Sequence record: PZ019086.1
Reading direction: 5' to 3' (one strand)
Source: a phage
DNA length: 64,000 bases
In this document: positions 34,323 through 45,665 of the stretch, one piece after another
How positions within the stretch are numbered: position 1 is the stretch's first letter
How the letters are laid out: every line of letters begins with the position of its first letter
Program-made: the position numbers and the translations under genes
Notes under the pieces: generated by a model
Seen by the model: the letters and a program-made list of their open reading frames with translations, nothing else
Databases searched by the model: none
Told to the model about the DNA's origin: nothing

Positions 34323-34688
34323 TTAAATATCAAATTCGTTAAGAACTACATCAAAGATTGCTTCAAGATGCTCAGGTTTAGCTCTGTTACTCAGAATATG
34401 ACGAATCCAAGTTTTAACCAGAAGCTTGCGATTAACGCCATTCCAACAAGGATGAGTCCCTAAATCGCGTTGACGAAAATCATCATCCAATGCGATTTTA
34501 AAAGAAGAACCTTCTTTCGTGATTGAAACCGTGATGCCATTTTCAAATCGCATATAAACGTAGTTAGGAGTCATATACTGTTCAATTTCGCATACTGATC
34601 CGTTTTGATGTTTCCAAAGGCAAATAGTATCAATAGAACCTGCAATACCATTAGAAACATATTTACGTTCAAAGTTGATGTAGTTCAT
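34323..34688 (-). CDS. Hypothetical protein, 121 aa
   Basis: ORF with upstream early promoter-like element. Confidence 0.6.
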   Translation of the reverse strand: MNYINFERKYVSNGIAGSIDTICLWKHQNGSVCEIEQYMTPNYVYMRFENGITVSITKEGSSFKIALDDDFRQRDLGTHPCWNGVNRKLLVKTWIRHILSNRAKPEHLEAIFDVVLNEFDI

Positions 34689-34725
34689 TTTTATTCTCCG
34701 AGATGTTTAATTGCGGTACAGGTAT

Positions 34726-34753
34726 ATAATATCATATCCTGTACCAAAGTAAA
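34726..34753 (-). promoter_or_regulatory. Candidate early promoter GTTTACT-N16-TATTAT
   Basis: Minus-strand GTTTAC motif with -10-like TATTAT, about 40 nt upstream of ORF start 34688. Confidence 0.5.
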
Positions 34754-34756
34754 CAA

Positions 34757-35089
34757 TTATTTTACTACTTTCCAGTGCTGCATGTCAAGTTTACCAACTT
34801 TTTTCATCTTCTCAATTAAGCGTTCGGCACGTTGGCGAGCTGTAACATAATACCATTCACCTAATTCATTTTGTTCAATTTTTCCAACGATTACTGTATT
34901 CAATTCATAAATCCAACCAGTAAAGAAATTATGAACTTGAATTGTAAAGGTGAAATCTGTTCCCATACCTTCTGTTGTTTCTACTTCAATAACATCACCT
35001 TCAACTGCCATTAAGAACCACATAGTTTCATCATATTTACCATTGAAGCATTTAGTTTTAACTGTGGCGTTCAGATTAATCGTTTTCAT
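34757..35089 (-). CDS. Hypothetical protein, 110 aa
   Basis: ORF with GGAGAA RBS and upstream early promoter. Confidence 0.6.
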   Translation of the reverse strand: MKTINLNATVKTKCFNGKYDETMWFLMAVEGDVIEVETTEGMGTDFTFTIQVHNFFTGWIYELNTVIVGKIEQNELGEWYYVTARQRAERLIEKMKKVGKLDMQHWKVVK

Positions 35090-35116
35090 TTTATTCTCCT
35101 TTGTTTGTGTAAGATA

Positions 35117-35145
35117 ATACTATCACAAAGGAACTATACTGTAAA
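35117..35145 (-). promoter_or_regulatory. T4-type early promoter GTTTACA-N17-TAGTAT
   Basis: Minus strand GTTTACAGTATAGTTCCTTTGTGATAGTAT, about 30 nt upstream of ORF start 35089. Confidence 0.6.
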
Positions 35146-35165
35146 CAACTTTATGCAATCTTTGG

Positions 35166-35194
35166 AAAATAAAAAAGGACTCCCGAAGGAGTCC
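35166..35194 (-). terminator. Rho-independent terminator (minus strand) after the small basic ORF
   Basis: GGACTCC-TTCG-GGAGTCC hairpin followed by TTTTTTATTTT on the minus strand. Confidence 0.7.
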
Positions 35195-35199
35195 TTAAC

Positions 35200-35376
35200 T
35201 TATGCTTTCTGCTTACCAAAACGAGAAGCATCATCTCGAAGAACCGCACGTGCTCGGCGCATGATCTTCTCAACAGTTTGATTGATACGAGAGTTCGACC
35301 CACGCTTGTAACCAGCGCGTTTAGAATCACCAACTTTCTTTTCAACTGCTTTCTTTGCTTTAGCTTGTTTTGCCAT
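35200..35376 (-). CDS. Small highly basic protein, about 57 aa
   Basis: ATG at 35376 (MAKQAKAKKAVEKK...); Lys/Arg-rich; ORF-track N-terminal extension not preferred. Confidence 0.55.
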   Translation of the reverse strand: MAKQAKAKKAVEKKVGDSKRAGYKRGSNSRINQTVEKIMRRARAVLRDDASRFGKQKA

Positions 35377-35774
35377 TATAAATTCTCTTTTAAATGAAAA
35401 TGCAGGACTTATTGGCATTGCCTGCGCAAGCCCTCAAGGGGAACATAGGTTTTTGAATATTTAACGACCAGGATAACCATAAACCCGTCATCATACCTTA
35501 TAGCTCTTATCTGTTGCACACCGTTAGCTTAAAGGTTCCGGGTCCGATTTCTCGAGGATAAGATATATACTGATGGATATATAGGCCTTGAGGCGTACTC
35601 CCGATTAGCCATCACCTCGGGGTAGCATGCACTTGCCGCTATAAGAATAACATTCAAGAGGTACACCGTAAAACTGCCGGGGTCTTAAAACTATAATGAT
35701 TCGCAAATCATTAATCAGACAGTTCGACGGCTCCTCGATTTTAGCTCACACTAAGGCAGTGAATCTCCAATAAA

Positions 35775-36023
35775 TTACTTCAGTGTTACCACAAAGTGAC
35801 GAACTGCTTTTCGTGCAGCAGAAGCCAGAGGCTTAGCATATTTAAGTTCATCTTTTTCCTGAAGCTCAGCAGCTAATGCAGTTTGAGCAGGATTCAGATG
35901 TTTGAAATAACGCAGGATTTCAAGAGCTTCGGCTTCAACATCAATAGATGCGCCATAGTTTTCGTGACCATTATTCCATGCGTTTCGTTGCAGTTCAAGA
36001 GCGTGTTGTAATTGTTTAATCAT
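35775..36023 (-). CDS. rIII: rIII lysis-inhibition accessory protein, 82 aa
   Basis: 82 aa; matches remembered T4 rIII (MIKQLQHALELQRNAWNNGHENYG...). Confidence 0.9.
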   Translation of the reverse strand: MIKQLQHALELQRNAWNNGHENYGASIDVEAEALEILRYFKHLNPAQTALAAELQEKDELKYAKPLASAARKAVRHFVVTLK

Positions 36024-36162
36024 TTAAAAATTCTCGTTAGAGATTAAAACTCGGTAGTCACGTTCTTCTGAATTTCATCTTCTTTCGACAGATCTCTCAG
36101 TTGTAGACTACCACATAGAATTGTTCGGTTAACTTATTATTCCGACACCCAATTCATATTAT

Positions 36163-36170
36163 TATTTATA
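36163..36170 (-). promoter_or_regulatory. Candidate late promoter TATAAATA (minus strand) between 31 and rIII
   Basis: Plus-strand TATTTATA gives minus-strand TATAAATA about 140 nt upstream of rIII. Confidence 0.4.
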
Positions 36171-36506
36171 TCACTTATAAAGACACGGAATAGCTTTATA
36201 GTGACAGGTAACGAATTTTTGTTTAATTTCTTTTGGCTGCTTAAGACCCAGAGCTACAAAAGGATGCGGAACGTTTCGAATTTGACCAACTGGAAGAGAA
36301 GTCAAATCACCAACTTCGCAGAAACCTTCAGGAACATCAGGACCAACAGAGTGAACTACACACAGTTCAGGAACTTCACCTTGAACACGTTTACCGATAA
36401 TAAGTCCTGATTCTGTAACTTCTTCATCACCGGCTTGTGCAGGTTCAGAAACTAAAATAACATATTCACCGACAGCACGAATTGGTAGCTGTTGTACTTC
36501 AGACAT
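36171..36506 (-). CDS. 31: Co-chaperonin gp31 (GroES analogue), 111 aa
   Basis: 111 aa; matches remembered T4 gp31. Confidence 0.93.
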
Positions 36507-36562
36507 CGTTTTTCCTTTTTGTTAACAGATGAATTAATAATAACAAATAATTCTTAAAGCAT

Positions 36563-36871
36563 TTATTTACCAATAAATTGAAGCAAATGCTCAACTTTCA
36601 TACCATTAACGGAAATCAATTTGTCAATAGAAAAACCTCGCCATGCACCAAGCTCAACATCAAATACTGGAATCATATCAGTAGATTCTTTCCGAGTAGA
36701 TTCAGTCAATTTACCGGTTTGCATAGTTGGCATAAAGTCAGCATCACGAGTGCCTTTCATAGTACGAATAGTACCATCAGACTTTTCAAAAACCACGTTT
36801 GAAATACCCATGGACAATTTAGTTTTCAAAATTTCACGAATTGCTACTTTCTGTTCAGTTGTCAGTTTCAT
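36563..36871 (-). CDS. Hypothetical protein (T4 31.1 position), 102 aa
   Basis: ORF between 31 and cd. Confidence 0.6.
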   Translation of the reverse strand: MKLTTEQKVAIREILKTKLSMGISNVVFEKSDGTIRTMKGTRDADFMPTMQTGKLTESTRKESTDMIPVFDVELGAWRGFSIDKLISVNGMKVEHLLQFIGK

Positions 36872-37108
36872 TTATTTACCTATTACAGTTTTAATATGAG
36901 TTGTTCCACGTTCTTTAAGAGTGGAAAGCAACTTTTGGCATTTTTCTAAATCAGATTTCCAACTATACGTTCTATCAATACAAACCCATTCTGACTTATA
37001 ATACTGCTTCCATTTAGAGAAAAAATACTTCTTATACTCTACAGCAAATGAAATGTTCTCGTTAGAATAAGAACTAATTGCTGTAAGCTGTACCAAACGA
37101 AATTTCAT
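36872..37108 (-). CDS. Hypothetical protein (T4 31.2 position), 78 aa
   Basis: ORF coupled to cd start. Confidence 0.55.
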   Translation of the reverse strand: MKFRLVQLTAISSYSNENISFAVEYKKYFFSKWKQYYKSEWVCIDRTYSWKSDLEKCQKLLSTLKERGTTHIKTVIGK

Positions 37109-37689
37109 TATTCACCACAGAATTCGTTGATATTTTCCCAGTTTAACTTATTCAAGTTTTTCTTAGGAACATTAAACACTTCAATACCCGCATTTCGCAG
37201 AATATCATCCCAGCCAGGTTTATTTTTATCGTATGTTTCGCAATAAACCAGCTTTTTAATACCAGATTGAGCTATCGCTTTTGCACAATCTGGGCAAGGA
37301 GAAAGTGTTACATACATAGTAGCACCTTCAATTGAAGAACCGTTTCGTGCAGCAAACAAAATCGCATTTAGTTCAGCATGAATTTCATTTTTAGACGACC
37401 ATTCAGAGTGAGCACTGCGGTGTTCTTTCGCCAAGACAAAACGATCAGTTGAACCAAACGATACACATTCGGGCTTATGACCTTGAATGATAGTATGTTT
37501 AGGTTTATTCAGCAACCAACCTTGCTCAGCAGCATAATCACAACAGTTCACACCCCCGGCAGGTGAACCATTATATCCGGTAGAAATAATACGTCCATTC
37601 TTTTCAATTACTGCTCCTACCTTCCAGGAGCAGCATTTTGATTCTTGTGATACTAAATATGCAATTTGAAGTACTGTACTCGCTTTCAT
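37108..37689 (-). CDS. cd: dCMP deaminase, 193 aa
   Basis: Zinc-binding deaminase motifs HAELNA and SPCPDCAK; 193 aa as T4 Cd. Confidence 0.95.
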   Translation of the reverse strand: MKASTVLQIAYLVSQESKCCSWKVGAVIEKNGRIISTGYNGSPAGGVNCCDYAAEQGWLLNKPKHTIIQGHKPECVSFGSTDRFVLAKEHRSAHSEWSSKNEIHAELNAILFAARNGSSIEGATMYVTLSPCPDCAKAIAQSGIKKLVYCETYDKNKPGWDDILRNAGIEVFNVPKKNLNKLNWENINEFCGE

Positions 37690-38024
37690 TTCATAATCAC
37701 CAGATAAGCAGATTTAGCAGTTTCAACACGATAAATTTCGTGACGAAGTTTAGTTATACTTTTAATAACAGAACTAATTATATTCTGCCCATCTTTAAAG
37801 CGGTTTTTCTTATCAATAAAAATTGCACCAACCATCTTTTTGTGAAGCTCAACTGGATACTTCGTCACAATAATAGCATCATACACAGAAGGATGAATAC
37901 TATTCACTAGAGTATCATTCATTAAAGTTATTCTAATGAACTGTGCTGTTTCAGAATCAAGCGCTCTATGATCGCCAGTATCATTTTCAAGACAATTATC
38001 AATTATATCAGTTAAATTCATCAT
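37686..38024 (-). CDS. Hypothetical protein, 112 aa
   Basis: ORF coupled to neighbours. Confidence 0.6.
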   Translation of the reverse strand: MMNLTDIIDNCLENDTGDHRALDSETAQFIRITLMNDTLVNSIHPSVYDAIIVTKYPVELHKKMVGAIFIDKKNRFKDGQNIISSVIKSITKLRHEIYRVETAKSAYLVIMK

Positions 38025-38257
38025 AGTACGCCATACACCCTTTGTGCTTCAACTAATCCATCAAAATCCAGTTTAAGATGTGTTATTTGATCACCATCAC
38101 CTGGATTCACAATTACTAATACTGAACGAGGAGTTTCGGTAATAACACGAACCGATGTTTCTGGAAATCGTTCAGAAACCTTATTTACCAATTCCTGAGC
38201 AAATAGTTTAACTTTTTCTTGGAATTCTTTAACAGTAATTGGTTTTTCGCTTAGCAT
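38021..38257 (-). CDS. Hypothetical protein, 78 aa
   Basis: ORF coupled to neighbours. Confidence 0.55.
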   Translation of the reverse strand: MLSEKPITVKEFQEKVKLFAQELVNKVSERFPETSVRVITETPRSVLVIVNPGDGDQITHLKLDFDGLVEAQRVYGVL

Positions 38258-38793
38258 GTTGATCCCAGCTCCTTACTTTCAACGTTTTTAACTAATTTGA
38301 CAGAAACTAATTCGGCATCTTGGGTAATCATTACCGGGCCTTCTTCATACTCTTCAAGATATTCTAGAGCTTTCTTTTTAGCTTCTTCCTTCGTATCAGT
38401 TTGAGCATAGATATAAAACATACAACCAGTAATACCTACTACTTTCCACTTAATTTCTTTATCAGTTTTAATTTCAAATTTACTGATAGAGTCATCTTTT
38501 TGAACTTCTTCGAAAAAATAATATTCTGACATATAAGTAATTGAAAATAGCGGGCTATCTTTATAGCATTCACCCATTACATCAACAGCTTTATACCAGC
38601 AGTCATCAATTTCGCGTTTAATGCTAATAACATTTTTCGCAGGATCTATTTTTACTTTAAATGAATTTTCCCCAATAAACTGAGCAATTCGTTTATTAGC
38701 CCCGCAAGTTTCATTAAAAATATCTTTATATCCAGCTTTAAAGCGATAAACCTTATCTTCTTCAAACCATTCGCTCATTTTCAATTTCCTCAT
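38251..38793 (-). CDS. Hypothetical protein, 180 aa (start may be the internal ATG at MSEWF)
   Basis: ORF with upstream early promoter and GAGGAAA RBS. Confidence 0.65.
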   Translation of the reverse strand: MRKLKMSEWFEEDKVYRFKAGYKDIFNETCGANKRIAQFIGENSFKVKIDPAKNVISIKREIDDCWYKAVDVMGECYKDSPLFSITYMSEYYFFEEVQKDDSISKFEIKTDKEIKWKVVGITGCMFYIYAQTDTKEEAKKKALEYLEEYEEGPVMITQDAELVSVKLVKNVESKELGSTC

Positions 38794-38809
38794 TTGTTTT
38801 GGTAGAGCT

Positions 38810-38838
38810 ATAATATCACAACTCTACCGTAAAGTAAA
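38810..38838 (-). promoter_or_regulatory. Candidate early promoter GTTTACT-N17-TATTAT
   Basis: Minus strand GTTTACTTTACGGTAGAGTTGTGATATTAT upstream of ORF start 38793. Confidence 0.55.
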
Positions 38839-38841
38839 CTA

Positions 38842-39117
38842 TTAAATTGCTTTGAATTCTGATGTCTGTGATTCAAAGCGAATATCGCCTTTGATGACTA
38901 GCTCAGCATCAAGACCGAATACGACAATGATATGTGCGGAACCTGGATACAGCGTAATGGCAATAGAATCAACCTGGTCTGGAAGCAAAGTGTTCAATAC
39001 ATGAGTCACTTGAGCATGAATTCGAAGCTCGGCTGCGTTATCAAGCTTTTCAAACATATTATTAGCGATAATTTGGCTAAACACTACTTCTACGATTTTA
39101 GAATAAGTCGGAAACAT
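38842..39117 (-). CDS. Hypothetical protein, 91 aa
   Basis: ORF in cd-pseT interval. Confidence 0.55.
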   Translation of the reverse strand: MFPTYSKIVEVVFSQIIANNMFEKLDNAAELRIHAQVTHVLNTLLPDQVDSIAITLYPGSAHIIVVFGLDAELVIKGDIRFESQTSEFKAI

Positions 39118-39119
39118 AT

Positions 39120-39312
39120 TTACCTCACATAATTTTCTTCAAGCCAATCAATAACATCCAACGCATTATCAAAAGTTGAACCATCTACTCTGTCTTCTGT
39201 TTCATAATCAAGAACATCTAAGCCTACTCTTCCATCAACAATAGGCCATAAACAAAATAGATATTTCTTTTCTTTTTCAATTTTATCACAAAGTTGATAA
39301 ATCTTTTCTATG

Positions 39313-39320
<8 letters not shown>
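39120..39320 (-). CDS. Hypothetical protein, 66 aa
   Basis: ORF in cd-pseT interval. Confidence 0.5.
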
Positions 39321-40713
<1,393 letters not shown>

Positions 40714-40717
<4 letters not shown>

Positions 40718-40944
40718 TTATTTTTCTCAACCAATGATTGAATATAATCATGCAGGTCTTTAGATGCTTTACCCCACTTATTTTGGTATTCATTTTTAAG
40801 ATTAGCACGTGATTGAGCTAATAAAACATCATTAGTTGGAGGTAAAGATTCTAACCGCTGAATCTGGCGTCCGTAAATCATTGCAGCCATCTCGGATTCA
40901 TAAATCAATCCTTTGAGATGTTCAAATTGATGCCATGAAATCAT
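40714..40944 (-). CDS. Hypothetical protein, 76 aa
   Basis: ORF coupled to neighbours. Confidence 0.5.
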
Positions 40945-41240
40945 TTACATTTATCCTCTTTTAACTCTTGACGATAATAACATATCATAGTTTTCTGGTC
41001 ATGTACATATCGTTTTACATCATTAAGCCAAATACGAAATTCCTGGGAATCTTCAAATGGCATACCGACCCAAGCTTTACCATCAATAACTTTAACTTGC
41101 CAAGATAGTTTAGCTTCATCATATGACTTTATTTGCACAGGCCAATTAGGATGAACTGTTTCTTTCTTTACTTCTAGAGGCTTTGTCGAACAACCAACTA
41201 GAAGACCAATAGATAATATTACTGCTGATAGTTTAATCAT
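40941..41240 (-). CDS. Outer-membrane lipoprotein, probable o-spanin, 99 aa
   Basis: Signal peptide with lipobox LLVGC; start overlaps the upstream TM/coiled-coil ORF by 4 nt; T4 spanins map to the pseT.2/pseT.3 locus as I recall. Confidence 0.65.
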   Translation of the reverse strand: MIKLSAVILSIGLLVGCSTKPLEVKKETVHPNWPVQIKSYDEAKLSWQVKVIDGKAWVGMPFEDSQEFRIWLNDVKRYVHDQKTMICYYRQELKEDKCK

Positions 41241-41590
41241 TTAGAAAGGTCCTGGATGTCTTCTGCGAACTTGTTGAAGGAGTTGTTGATTTGTTTTTCA
41301 ACCAATCCTGGCTTATGAGCCACCACATCCGCCTTCTTTGCGTCTTTGCGCAGTTTTTCATTTTCACGCTCAATAGCAGCAATTGCCTCACGATTTTTAT
41401 TATTCATCGCATCAATATAATTATACTGAATTCGCAAATTATTTAATGCTAAAGCGTTTTCATTGGCTGTTTTTGTAATTTCAGTAACCGATGTTTCTAA
41501 TCTTTCTACCTTATTTTTTAAAATAATAGATGTTCCGCCAAATGCTATTACAAGTAATAGCAATCCAGCTGTAAAATTACTTACATGCAT
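41237..41590 (-). CDS. N-terminal TM plus coiled-coil protein, probable i-spanin, 117 aa
   Basis: Hydrophobic helix LLLLVIAFGGTSIIL followed by a charged coiled-coil-like region; paired with the downstream lipoprotein. Confidence 0.65.
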   Translation of the reverse strand: MHVSNFTAGLLLLVIAFGGTSIILKNKVERLETSVTEITKTANENALALNNLRIQYNYIDAMNNKNREAIAAIERENEKLRKDAKKADVVAHKPGLVEKQINNSFNKFAEDIQDLSK

Positions 41591-42084
41591 AAAGTTTTAA
41601 TAACCTCTACAATATCGTCTTGAGAAAGACCGTTAATTAAAATATGATGTTCAGCCGGAGATTTAGAAATTTTAAAGCATGCCTCAACATCTTCTGCCAT
41701 ATCCGATGCGCTACGATTTGGATTACTAATTCCAAGACGATGTTTTCCCGTTAAAGGATTAACGATGATATAGCATTTACAGTTGTTAATATGAACATTA
41801 GGTTGAGTCTGATTAATGAACACATCGCAATCATATTTCGCAAGCTGATTTTCTAAAAAGACTTTCATCTCCTCAACCGCATCAGGAAGCATATCGCGGG
41901 CTTGCTCAAGACGACGATTTCGATATTCTTTAATGGTCGTTTTCCGCTTGACTTGCTTAGCTAAATCTTTCTTAAGATCGGTGATATATCCAACTCGACG
42001 ATTTCCTTTAAATACAGAAATCCCATCTGTAGTATCACCGTATGCTTCAACGACCATCTCAGTAGTAATAAGCTGTAAATCCAT
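41581..42084 (-). CDS. alc: Alc (transcription termination on cytosine-containing DNA), about 167 aa
   Basis: Length and position between the pseT.x ORFs and rnlA as in T4; preceded by an early promoter. Confidence 0.8.
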   Translation of the reverse strand: MDLQLITTEMVVEAYGDTTDGISVFKGNRRVGYITDLKKDLAKQVKRKTTIKEYRNRRLEQARDMLPDAVEEMKVFLENQLAKYDCDVFINQTQPNVHINNCKCYIIVNPLTGKHRLGISNPNRSASDMAEDVEACFKISKSPAEHHILINGLSQDDIVEVIKTLCM

Positions 42085-42109
42085 CATAAAGTCCTCATGT
42101 TATGTCAGT

Positions 42110-42145
42110 AAGACTACTATAACACAACACGAGGGACTTGTAAAC
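42110..42145 (-). promoter_or_regulatory. T4-type early promoter GTTTACA-N17-TATAGT upstream of alc
   Basis: Second copy of the 53-nt promoter/leader element (51/53 identical to 26179-26231). Confidence 0.65.
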
Positions 42146-42148
42146 AGC

Positions 42149-43736
<1,588 letters not shown>

Positions 43737-43742
43737 AATAAA

Positions 43743-43763
43743 ATGGGCCCTTGCGGCCCACTC
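43743..43763 (-). terminator. Candidate hairpin terminator after nrdB (minus strand)
   Basis: GGGCC-GCAA-GGGCCC type hairpin followed by a T-run on the minus strand. Confidence 0.5.
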
Positions 43764-43764
43764 C

Positions 43765-44934
43765 TTAAAAATATTTTTTAAAACTCATCATAACTTTATC
43801 ATCAACATCATTATCAATCTGTGCTACAAGGTAAGATGACAGTTCTACTTCTTGTGGCGCGGATTGAACATTATCAGAATTAAGATATTCACGAATCCAA
43901 GGATACGGATGTTTAACCGGAGCATCAGTAATTGGGCATGGAAGACCGCACTGTTTCATACGAGATACAGTTAAGTAATCAATAAAGCTCCACATGCTAT
44001 TTGTATTTAATCCAGGAACATCGCCATCTTTAAATAAATGAACTGCCCAGTCTTTTTCTTGACGGTTAACTTCCATGAAAATATCAACTGCTTCTTGTTC
44101 ACACTCTTGGGCGATTTTAACCCATTCATCACCATCAGTGCCAAGTTGAAGTTGACGAATAATATATTGGGTGCCTTTAAGGTGAAGCTGCTCATCACGT
44201 GCAATAAACTTCATAATCTTGGCATTACCTTCCATGATTTCCATGTTCTTATGGAAGTTAAAGGTACATGCGAAAGATACATAAAAACGAATAGCTTCCA
44301 ATGCGTTGATTACATGCAAGCAGAGGTAAAGAGATTTCATTAGCGCTCGTTTAGTACATTCAACAACTTTGCCTAGCTCTTCTTTACGAAATCCTTCTGA
44401 TAAAATTCCTTCATAATCTTCAACCGCATTCTGGTATTCACGAGTCTTAACTAGAACATCATCGTAATAGCGACCAATGGACTCGGCACGTTTCATAATA
44501 GCTTTATCTAATACAATCTCATCAAACACCTTTGACGGATCAGTATAAAGATTTCGCATGATATGAGTATATGAACGACTGTGAATAGTTTCACTAAAAG
44601 TCCATGTAGCAACCCATGTATCAAGGCTTGGGTCTGAAATTAATGACATAAGTACAGCAGACGGTGCACGACCCTGAATGCTATCCAAAAGTGATTGATA
44701 CTTCAGGTTATTAGTAAAAATATCTTGCTGATATTGAGGAAGCTTGTTAAATTGTGCAGCATCCATCATTAAGTTTACTTCTTCAGGACGCCAGAAAAAT
44801 GACAACTGCTTTTCGGTTAAATCTTCAAAAACTTTATGACGTTGAATATCATAACGCGCAATACCAAGACCTGAACCGAAGAACATAGGTTCTTTTAAAA
44901 CATCAACTGGATTTGTATTAAAAACTGTAGACAT
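43765..44934 (-). CDS. nrdB: Ribonucleotide reductase small subunit NrdB, uninterrupted
   Basis: Continuous about 389 aa ORF from MSTVFNTNPV; ATG overlaps the stop of the upstream HNH gene (TGATG); no intron detected. Confidence 0.95.
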   Translation of the reverse strand: MSTVFNTNPVDVLKEPMFFGSGLGIARYDIQRHKVFEDLTEKQLSFFWRPEEVNLMMDAAQFNKLPQYQQDIFTNNLKYQSLLDSIQGRAPSAVLMSLISDPSLDTWVATWTFSETIHSRSYTHIMRNLYTDPSKVFDEIVLDKAIMKRAESIGRYYDDVLVKTREYQNAVEDYEGILSEGFRKEELGKVVECTKRALMKSLYLCLHVINALEAIRFYVSFACTFNFHKNMEIMEGNAKIMKFIARDEQLHLKGTQYIIRQLQLGTDGDEWVKIAQECEQEAVDIFMEVNRQEKDWAVHLFKDGDVPGLNTNSMWSFIDYLTVSRMKQCGLPCPITDAPVKHPYPWIREYLNSDNVQSAPQEVELSSYLVAQIDNDVDDKVMMSFKKYF

Positions 44935-45665
44935 CAATTTTTCCTCTTTAAAATTCTGCCGTGTTTCCAACCTGGCGGTATAATATCATCTTTACCTATA
45001 AGCGTGCATTCACTTCCATTATTAATCCATTTCTTACCGCGGATTCCTTTATAATCTCTTGGTTTTATTTTGTCAAACTTTGCATCAAGTTGATATGACC
45101 ATCTAAATCCATAAGCATATTGAAATTTACCCTCGGCACAATATTTGATATTTGACCCGTTTCCATTAACTGACCGGGACGCTGCTGCAATAGAGTGAAA
45201 AGTTTCTATGAAATCCCCATCTAATGAGAATTTATGTATTTCTACAGATGGGCACGCATATCTATTCACGTTAGATACATGTTGTTTAGTTTCGTTTTTA
45301 TGATGCTTACCTAGCATTCCTTTAGGATGAGGATTATTTTTCCAATATTTCTTAAAGAACTCAGAATTAGCTTTAGCAAATAATTTTCTGTGTAAGCTGT
45401 ACAATCTATTATTAATTCTATTGCCAGCTTTATCTGTTGCCATTAGCGTTAATGCAGAGGCAAGTCCAAAATGGCCTTCATTTATCTTACACAGTAATAG
45501 ATGTGCTATAAAATGTTCTCTAGCTGTTAATTCAACTAAATTTTCTTTATCATCAGAACCTCCCATGCATCTAGGGATTATATGATGTGTCTCTTTATAT
45601 TCTGATAAAGATTCCCGAGCCTGAGCTCGGGAAATTAGGTCGTTATAGATTTTTTGATAATTCAT
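44934..45665 (-). CDS. mobE: HNH homing endonuclease, MobE-like, 243 aa, between nrdA and nrdB
   Basis: HNH motif HHIIPRCMGGSDDKENLVELTAREH; same intergenic position as T4 mobE. Confidence 0.8.
   Translation of the reverse strand: MNYQKIYNDLISRAQARESLSEYKETHHIIPRCMGGSDDKENLVELTAREHFIAHLLLCKINEGHFGLASALTLMATDKAGNRINNRLYSLHRKLFAKANSEFFKKYWKNNPHPKGMLGKHHKNETKQHVSNVNRYACPSVEIHKFSLDGDFIETFHSIAAASRSVNGNGSNIKYCAEGKFQYAYGFRWSYQLDAKFDKIKPRDYKGIRGKKWINNGSECTLIGKDDIIPPGWKHGRILKRKN

Noticed and set aside
35420-35775. Possible tRNA gene in the GC-rich island
   Set aside because: No convincing acceptor stem / T-loop (GTTCRANYC) cloverleaf found by eye on either strand; kept as an open finding but not annotated as tRNA.
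44934-44970. N-terminal extension (METRQNFKEEKL) of the nrdB ORF
   Set aside because: Extension overlaps the upstream HNH gene; the MSTVF start gives the expected NrdB length and overlaps the upstream stop codon.
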